From an uncultured Muribaculaceae bacterium (lineage in GTDB: Bacteria > Bacillota_I > Bacilli_A > RF39 > UBA660), in assembly GCA_964630225.1 (NCBI GenBank), contig CAZVUK010000002.1:1-59504 (forward strand): a DNA stretch of 59,504 bases, in the 5' to 3' direction. Positions 53,990 to 59,504 of the stretch are shown here, piece by piece (within the stretch, counting starts at the first letter, position 1; each line of letters opens with the position of its first letter). The translations under genes were made by a program, and so were the position numbers. A model generated the notes under the pieces. It was not told the origin of the DNA, ran no database searches, and saw only the letters and a program-made list of their open reading frames with translations.

Positions 53990-54721
53990 ATGGAAAGATT
54001 ACAAAAAGTAATAGCCGCCAGCGGCGTTGCTTCAAGAAGAAAAGCCGAGGACTTAATAACGAGTGGCAAGGTCACAGTAAATGGTGAAATTGTAAAAGAG
54101 TTAGGCACTAAAGTTAGTTCATCTGATGAAGTAATGGTGAAAGGACAGCTTCTTGCTCGTGAAGATAAAGTTTACTATCTATTAAATAAACCACGCGGCG
54201 TTGTTACAACGACAAGTGATGATAAAAACAGAGAAACTGTCATCGATTTAATTAAAGAAGATAAAAGAATCTATCCAGTTGGCAGACTTGATTACGATAC
54301 AACCGGAGCTCTAATTTTAACTAATGATGGAGAACTAACTAATTTACTTACTCATCCATCAAATGAGATAGAAAAAATATATGTTGCTAAAATAAAGGGC
54401 AAGCTTTCTATCCAGGCACAAATGGCTCTTAAAAAAGGATTAAAGATAGACGGAGAATTAACCGCTCCGGCTAAAGTAAAAATTAAGTCCCAGGATCCAA
54501 AAACAGATACATCATTAATTGAACTTACACTTCATGAAGGGAAGAATCATCAAGTTAAAAAGATGTTCGAAGCAGTAGGACACGATCTTATCAAATTAAA
54601 AAGAGAGAGAATAGCTTTTCTAGATCTCAAGGGATTAAGCTCTGGAAAATACCGTTTTCTATCACCTAAAGAAGTGAAAAAATTATATTTCATAAGTCAA
54701 AATAAAAAGGATATCGATTAA
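53990..54721 (+). CDS. rluB: RsuA/RluB-family pseudouridine synthase with N-terminal S4 domain
   Basis: MERLQKVIAASGVASRRKAEDLITSGKVTVNG (S4 domain). Catalytic motif GRLDYDTTGALILTNDG. ATG 53990 (the tracked ORF starts at 53930). Confidence 0.85.
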   Translation: MERLQKVIAASGVASRRKAEDLITSGKVTVNGEIVKELGTKVSSSDEVMVKGQLLAREDKVYYLLNKPRGVVTTTSDDKNRETVIDLIKEDKRIYPVGRLDYDTTGALILTNDGELTNLLTHPSNEIEKIYVAKIKGKLSIQAQMALKKGLKIDGELTAPAKVKIKSQDPKTDTSLIELTLHEGKNHQVKKMFEAVGHDLIKLKRERIAFLDLKGLSSGKYRFLSPKEVKKLYFISQNKKDID

Positions 54722-54730
54722 TCGATATCC
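54709..54730. terminator. Palindromic hairpin between convergent rluB and ferredoxin genes
   Basis: ggatatcgattaatcgatatcc is a near-perfect palindrome with A/T-rich flanks. Confidence 0.5.
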
Positions 54731-54732
54731 CT

Positions 54733-54915
54733 TTATTCTGATACTATAGCTCCAGTTGGACAAGATTCTTGCGCTTCTTTAGCATCATCCATTAATTCTT
54801 CAGGAATTGGATTGAGCTTAACTTTTGCATAGCCCTCGTCAGTCATTTCAAAGACTTCTGGTGCAATTGCACTGCACGCACCACAACCGATGCACTGTTC
54901 TGTAATTACTCTCAT
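54733..54915 (-). CDS. Small 4Fe-4S ferredoxin
   Basis: MRVITEQCIGCGACSAIAPEVFEM...SCPTGAI (CxxCxxC...CP). SD ggagg precedes ATG 54915. Confidence 0.85.
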   Translation of the reverse strand: MRVITEQCIGCGACSAIAPEVFEMTDEGYAKVKLNPIPEELMDDAKEAQESCPTGAIVSE

Positions 54916-55065
54916 ATATGCCTCCAATAAAATTATATATTAAGTAAATAGAAAAAACAAACTTTATAAGTTTAACTTTACATTAAAAGCTTTCTTTAAA
55001 ACAATACTTATCTATTTTAAAACTAAATTAACTATGGTAAAATGTAATTATATAAGGAGGTATAA

Positions 55066-55821
55066 ATGGAAACTAGAACGACAAGAAGAACAACTAAAAA
55101 TAGTAGAGCATCTAAAAATAGTCATTTATATGATAACTTAGAACGTTTAGCAACTAATGAACATGTTATAGACTTAAATACCCAGACTAAAATAGATTTA
55201 AATATGCTCGACAAGCCTCCGATGTTAAGGAAAGAATTTCGTGCTGAGGAAAAGTTTAGTGAAGAAGTTATTGAACTTCAAAATAAAATTTATGATATAA
55301 ACAAAGTCTTAGAAGAAGCACGCAAATCAAAACCAGAGGATGATAAAGATCGCTTTAGAGCCCAAGAGTATTCTTTGATTGCTGATCTAAATAGAAAATA
55401 TATAGAGCAACGAGAAAGACAAACGGAAGAGTTAGAACGTGAAGGAATAGAAGAAGTAATAAAAAGTATCACTAATAGTGATCTTAAAGAAGAATTTAGA
55501 GAGCTTCTCGAATATGATACTAATGAAAAAGAGTTAATGGGTGACTTGATAGCAACAAACGCTGACTTAAATTCACAACTTGAAGATGGTAAGTTTATGA
55601 CAGATGAGGGTATTAACACCGAGGATATGAGTGACAGTGGACATCTAGTTAATTCCTTTTATACTAGATCGATGGACTTATCTGAAGACGATTTTGAATT
55701 TAAAGATTTAGTTGAAAAAGAAAAATCAAACATGAAGATAATTATTTTGGTCGTTGCAATTACTTTGCTAATATTAACGATGATAGGAATATTTGTCTTA
55801 AGCAAAATAGGGGTCATTTAG
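55066..55821 (+). CDS. Hypothetical acidic coiled-coil protein with a C-terminal TM anchor
   Basis: SD aaggagg. E/D/K-rich. C-terminal MKIIILVVAITLLILTMIGIFVL. Confidence 0.6.
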   Translation: METRTTRRTTKNSRASKNSHLYDNLERLATNEHVIDLNTQTKIDLNMLDKPPMLRKEFRAEEKFSEEVIELQNKIYDINKVLEEARKSKPEDDKDRFRAQEYSLIADLNRKYIEQRERQTEELEREGIEEVIKSITNSDLKEEFRELLEYDTNEKELMGDLIATNADLNSQLEDGKFMTDEGINTEDMSDSGHLVNSFYTRSMDLSEDDFEFKDLVEKEKSNMKIIILVVAITLLILTMIGIFVLSKIGVI

Positions 55822-55829
55822 GGGGATAG

Positions 55830-56108
55830 ATGAAAAATATAACAGTACTGGATACAGAATATGTATTAGAGCGAGAGTATAAGGACGGATTTGTCCTAGA
55901 TGAGTTCCAAGAATTATGCACTGATTATTTTTTGGATTTCGATTATATATTCGGAGACTATTCATACGGGAAACTAAGATTAAAAGGATATCGAGACAAG
56001 GGTCCAAAGACGACAAAAATCAATGACATCAAAGAGCTTGATAACTATATTAAGAACAATTGTGCATTTGAATGCAAATATTTTTTGTTAGCCAAGAAAA
56101 AGCAATAA
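55830..56108 (+). CDS. yutD: YutD-like protein (DUF1027)
   Basis: YKDGFVLDEFQELCTDYFLDFDYIFGDYSYGKLRLKGY resembles B. subtilis YutD. Confidence 0.65.
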   Translation: MKNITVLDTEYVLEREYKDGFVLDEFQELCTDYFLDFDYIFGDYSYGKLRLKGYRDKGPKTTKINDIKELDNYIKNNCAFECKYFLLAKKKQ

Positions 56109-56173
56109 AATAGTTGTCAAATGCTATTTTTGTGGTAAAATTATTGTAGAAGGAATAAAAGGGAGGCATTGCC

Positions 56174-56467
56174 ATGGGAGAATATGAAGATAAAAAGATA
56201 ATGTCAATCGTTTTAGAAGATGGTTCGATCGATGAAGTCGAAGTATTATTGACGTTTGAATTTACAGATACAAAGAAAGAATATATTGTCTATACAAAAA
56301 ACGAGACAGATGAGAATGGTAATGTGACAATCTATGTTGCAGCACTTAATCGTAAACCAGAAGAAGATCCAGTTTTAGGAAGTATTGAAACCGACGAAGA
56401 ATGGACGAGAATAAAAGGTGTTCTAAAAGAATTGTCAAAAAGTGATGAGGACGTAGAACAACAATAA
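56174..56467 (+). CDS. DUF1292 (UPF0473) family protein
   Basis: IVLEDGSIDEVEVLLTFEF...KEYIVYT...YVAAL pattern and an acidic tail. SD gggagg. Confidence 0.65.
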   Translation: MGEYEDKKIMSIVLEDGSIDEVEVLLTFEFTDTKKEYIVYTKNETDENGNVTIYVAALNRKPEEDPVLGSIETDEEWTRIKGVLKELSKSDEDVEQQ

Positions 56468-56480
56468 AGGAGGTTTTGAA

Positions 56481-58577
56481 ATGGATGGTTTAGAGCCAAT
56501 GACAGGGATACCGTCATATGAAAGTGGTCCGGTTCGAATAACAGAAGCGGATTTTGATCGTGTGTATCAGCCGAAGGGTGTAACGCCTAATATGGCAGCA
56601 ATGACTAGTAAGACTTATAGAGGTTTTAGAGGTTTTGTGCAAAATTTAAGATCTGATTTACATAGAGGTAAAGTAGATAAGAAGATCAAAGAATACAACA
56701 CTAAACTAAGAGAGATTGAGACCTATTCAAATCGCGTTGAATCGCGGCTTGCAGAAGGTAAATCTTCTAATTTATTGGCGATTAAACTTAGAGTTAGAAA
56801 AGCTGAAAAAGCCGGTAAAGAGCTTGCAAAACTAGGTGTTAAAATCTTTGCTTTAGAAAATAAACAAGCTAAACTTGAAGGTAAACCAAAAGCTATTAAA
56901 GTACCTTCGGAAGTAGTAGATAAATCTATTATACTTTCTGCGATAGGGTTGATGAAACTCCTCGATCGTAGACAAGAGAAGAAAATTATTCGTGAAGAAG
57001 TAAGTAAAATTATGAAAGAAGTTCAGAAGGGTGAAACCGGTGACTTCGAATCATTGCAAAAAGAAAATTTAGCTGATTTCGTCATCCAAAAGATGAAGGA
57101 AAAAGGCATAGATAGAGAAATGGAAGCAGCAGAGCGTGCTTCTATAGAACAGTTGGGTGGAGAAGCAGTTATTAACTTCCGTGGGGAATTTGTAAATGCT
57201 ATCAACGAAGGAAATCTATCTCCAGAAGATGAAGCTAGATTCCGCAAGTTCTGTGCTGACAACGGACTAGACTTTAGTAAAGAGTTAAAACTTGCATATG
57301 ATACGGATATGGCTCTAGGTGGGCACGATGGACCAGCTATAAGCTCTCAAGCAGAAATGCCACCAGTCGCAGCTTTTGATATAAAAGAGGCAATAAGGAA
57401 TGATTGGGGAACACAAATTCCAGATTTTACTAAAACAGCAGGAACTCCACCAGTGCAAGAAGAAGCGGCGTTTGACTTACAAAAATATTTAAAAGAAAAT
57501 AGAGCAGAATTAATAAGCGAATTTAACAAGTTTTTAGAACAAAGAAAGACAAACACAGAGCCTCAAAGTGAATTAGCAAAAGCTCTTCAAGAAAAGATAA
57601 AAGCTGATGCAGCTCTTCAAGCGTACAGATTCTCTGGTGAAAACAACCCAGAGCGCGAAGCAGAGCTTTTAGCAGCAGTAGAACGTAGTAAAGCAAAAAT
57701 AAGCAGCATTACAGAGGAAACAGTAATCAAAGCTGATGATGTAATTAATAGACAGAGTGAAGCGGTTGTTCAAGAGCAAGCCCAAGTAGATCCGGAAGAA
57801 GCAAGCCCGAGAATAACAATCGAACCCGTAGTAGAACAAGTTGAAAAAGAACCAATAGCACCAATTAGAATACCAAGTATCGAAATAGATGATAATTATA
57901 ATCCTATTATTGATAGTTACAGTATGGCTGATATCATTGCTGAAATATTACCAGATGCGGATATCAGAAATGAAAAAGGTAAAATTGATGCCGATAAAAT
58001 TCTAACTGTTCAAAGAACAAGAAGACTAGAACTCGATAATTTCTTAGTGGATCACCCGGAATATGAGGATAGATTCGCACAGCTACAAATACTTGATACA
58101 ATTAGAAATAAAGATGGATCATTAAGTAAAACCAAACTTAAATTAAATCCAGAAATAATCGATAAACTGACCGAGATTAATCAACGTCAAACTGCACGTC
58201 ACGAGCAGTACTTAGCAAACGAAAGAGCAAAATTTGAAGAAGGACGCCAAGGCATTATTGAAAAAAACAGAGAACGTTCAGAAGCGCTTAGACAATCAAT
58301 TGCAGCACGTAAAAATCGTGAGATGTTCTATAAAGTAGGATCTGACTATTCATCAGTATCAGATAAAGATTTAAATGAATTAGTTACTACTCTTTCACCA
58401 ACAGCTGTTTCGGCTTTTGAAGAAAGAGGACGTTACTTCGATGAAGTAGCAGCAGAGATACCTATGAGTCAATTTAGAGATGATAAAGACCGTTGGTACT
58501 CACATGTCGTATCACTTTCGAAAGCACGATATGAAGAAGCCAAAACAGTAAGCCAAGAAGAAAGTAGAACAAGATAA
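56481..58577 (+). CDS. Hypothetical large acidic, coiled-coil-rich protein (698 aa)
   Basis: SD aaggagg. Long uninterrupted ORF with no TM and no recognisable catalytic motif. Confidence 0.6.
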   Translation: MDGLEPMTGIPSYESGPVRITEADFDRVYQPKGVTPNMAAMTSKTYRGFRGFVQNLRSDLHRGKVDKKIKEYNTKLREIETYSNRVESRLAEGKSSNLLAIKLRVRKAEKAGKELAKLGVKIFALENKQAKLEGKPKAIKVPSEVVDKSIILSAIGLMKLLDRRQEKKIIREEVSKIMKEVQKGETGDFESLQKENLADFVIQKMKEKGIDREMEAAERASIEQLGGEAVINFRGEFVNAINEGNLSPEDEARFRKFCADNGLDFSKELKLAYDTDMALGGHDGPAISSQAEMPPVAAFDIKEAIRNDWGTQIPDFTKTAGTPPVQEEAAFDLQKYLKENRAELISEFNKFLEQRKTNTEPQSELAKALQEKIKADAALQAYRFSGENNPEREAELLAAVERSKAKISSITEETVIKADDVINRQSEAVVQEQAQVDPEEASPRITIEPVVEQVEKEPIAPIRIPSIEIDDNYNPIIDSYSMADIIAEILPDADIRNEKGKIDADKILTVQRTRRLELDNFLVDHPEYEDRFAQLQILDTIRNKDGSLSKTKLKLNPEIIDKLTEINQRQTARHEQYLANERAKFEEGRQGIIEKNRERSEALRQSIAARKNREMFYKVGSDYSSVSDKDLNELVTTLSPTAVSAFEERGRYFDEVAAEIPMSQFRDDKDRWYSHVVSLSKARYEEAKTVSQEESRTR

Positions 58578-58599
58578 AAAGACACGCAAGTGTCTTTTT
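58578..58599. terminator. Rho-independent terminator (bidirectional context)
   Basis: Stem aaagacac / gtgtcttt with loop gcaa, followed by a T-run. Confidence 0.7.
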
Positions 58600-58601
58600 C
58601 A

Positions 58602-58829
58602 TTAGTCTACTTTAATTATTCCTCTAACTTCTGGTATTTCATCGACAAGCATTGCCTCTATACCATCACTTATCGTAACATCGGCATGAGGGCAGTTGCT
58701 ACATGCTCCAAGTAGCTTTAAATGGACAAAACCATTTTCGAACTTAATGTATTGAAGGTTACCCCCATCGCTTATTAGAAAGGGTCTAATACGCTCTAGG
58801 ACCTCTTTAATTTTATTTTCAATTTCCAT
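58602..58829 (-). CDS. NifU-like (Nfu C-terminal domain) Fe-S cluster protein
   Basis: IRPFLISDGGNLQYIKFENGFVHLKLLGACSNCPHADVT (CxxC). ATG at 58829 (the tracked ORF extends to 58847). Confidence 0.8.
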   Translation of the reverse strand: MEIENKIKEVLERIRPFLISDGGNLQYIKFENGFVHLKLLGACSNCPHADVTISDGIEAMLVDEIPEVRGIIKVD

Positions 58830-58910
58830 AATATCACCTAGAAGCATTATACTTAAGATTTTTTAAACTGTAAAGCTTATTATATGATATAATTATTTTA
58901 TAGGTGAATT

Positions 58911-59249
58911 ATGTCTAATTATGAAGTAGGAAAAATTATTAACGGAAGTGTTACCGGTATTGAATCATACGGGATTTTTGTCAATCTTTTAGACTACTAT
59001 AGTGGACTTATTCACATATCAGAAATATCTGATGGTTTTGTTAGAGATATATCTGATTATGTCAAGATTGGCGATACAGTTAAAGCTAAGGTTTTAGAGG
59101 TAGATGATGAAAAGTTTCAAGTGAAATTATCGATCAAAGGAATAGACTACCAAGATAAAAAATCTAAGCGTCAACCAGTTGTCGAAACAGGCAGTGGATT
59201 TGAAATTTTGCGTGATAATCTTAAAGAGTGGGTGGAAAACTACAAATAA
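58911..59249 (+). CDS. S1 RNA-binding domain protein (YugI/GSP13-like)
   Basis: GKIINGSVTGIESYGIFVNLLDYYSGLIHISEISDGFVRDISDYVKIGDTVKAKVLEVD is a canonical S1 motif. Confidence 0.85.
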   Translation: MSNYEVGKIINGSVTGIESYGIFVNLLDYYSGLIHISEISDGFVRDISDYVKIGDTVKAKVLEVDDEKFQVKLSIKGIDYQDKKSKRQPVVETGSGFEILRDNLKEWVENYK

Positions 59250-59282
59250 GCTTGTCTAGTATATAAAAAATCGGTTTTTTTG

Positions 59283-59311
59283 TTGACATTAAATTGATAA
59301 AATGGTATATT
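59283..59311 (+). promoter_or_regulatory. Sigma-A promoter of the tRNA cluster
   Basis: TTGACA (59283-59288), a 17-nt spacer ending in TGg, then TATATT (59306-59311). Lies 20 nt upstream of tRNA-Val. Confidence 0.6.
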
Positions 59312-59331
59312 CTATATTGTCAATTACTAAC

Positions 59332-59408
59332 GGGTGATTAGCTCAATTGGTCAGAGCACCTGCCTTACAAGCAGGGGGTTATAGGTTCGAGTCCTATATC
59401 GCCCACCA
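59332..59408 (+). tRNA. tRNA-Val (anticodon TAC), CCA encoded
   Basis: Hand-folded cloverleaf. Acceptor gggtgat/atcgccc, D arm gctc..gagc, anticodon stem cctgc/gcagg with loop cttacaa, T arm atagg-ttcgagt-cctat, then A-CCA. Confidence 0.9.
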
Positions 59409-59417
59409 TTTATAGAT

Positions 59418-59493
59418 GCCGAAATAGCTCAATTGGTAGAGCAACTGATTTGTAATCAGTAGGTTCCGGGTTCAAGTCCTGGCTTCGGCACCA
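59418..59493 (+). tRNA. tRNA-Thr (anticodon TGT), CCA encoded
   Basis: Hand-folded cloverleaf. Acceptor gccgaaa/cttcggc (one A-C mismatch at pair 7-66), anticodon stem actga/tcagt with loop tttgtaa, T arm ccggg-ttcaagt-cctgg, then A-CCA. Confidence 0.85.
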
Positions 59494-59504
59494 TTTTTTT
59501 GGAG

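Noticed and set aside
1-59504. CRISPR arrays, IS elements, prophage genes, rRNA
   Set aside because: I saw no regularly spaced short repeats, terminal inverted repeats with a transposase, or phage structural or integrase genes. The only RNA genes are the two tRNAs at the right edge.

Overview
About 59.5 kb of a low-GC Firmicutes-type chromosome. It uses the standard genetic code (TGA is a stop), is gene-dense, and is mostly + strand. No transposase, integrase, phage or CRISPR signal is visible.

Housekeeping content: htpG; a candidate murL/murD2 pair followed by gltX; rnr; trxA; deoD; nrdD/nrdG; an ABC-F ATPase; rmuC; rubrerythrin; asnS; rluB; ferredoxin; NifU; an S1-domain protein; and tRNA-Val(TAC) and tRNA-Thr(TGT) at the right edge. 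The redox and anaerobic genes (nrdDG, rubrerythrin, ferredoxin) suggest an anaerobe.

Five regions stand out.

1. 41.2-52.0 kb. Two ~1,300-aa proteins carry prepilin (class III) leaders, about seven Listeria-Bacteroides-type repeats and two thrombospondin type-1-like repeats. Their last 1,490 nt are identical at the nucleotide level while their 5' parts are diverged. Each is followed by small membrane-anchored paralogous genes. No pilus machinery lies in the window.

2. 13.0-23.3 kb. An apparently single 11-gene operon encodes a MacB/FtsX-type ABC transporter, an ABC-2 transporter, and three tandem copies of a two-gene cassette. Each cassette pairs a 2-TM, coiled-coil, cysteine-peptidase (C39-like or CHAP) protein with a doubly anchored lipoprotein. 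An RluA-family gene is wedged between cassettes 2 and 3.

3. nrdD is split. A 135-nt in-frame insertion flanked by 12-nt direct repeats puts the glycyl-radical domain on a separate, untracked 58-codon ORF.

4. A class B sortase carries a ~270-aa N-terminal extension and sits divergent from an NPKTG-anchored substrate gene.

5. A probable deletion scar of a type VII secretion locus: an EssC-like 5' stub joined to a start-less WXG100-like gene.

All functional calls come from motif recognition by eye. No database search was run.
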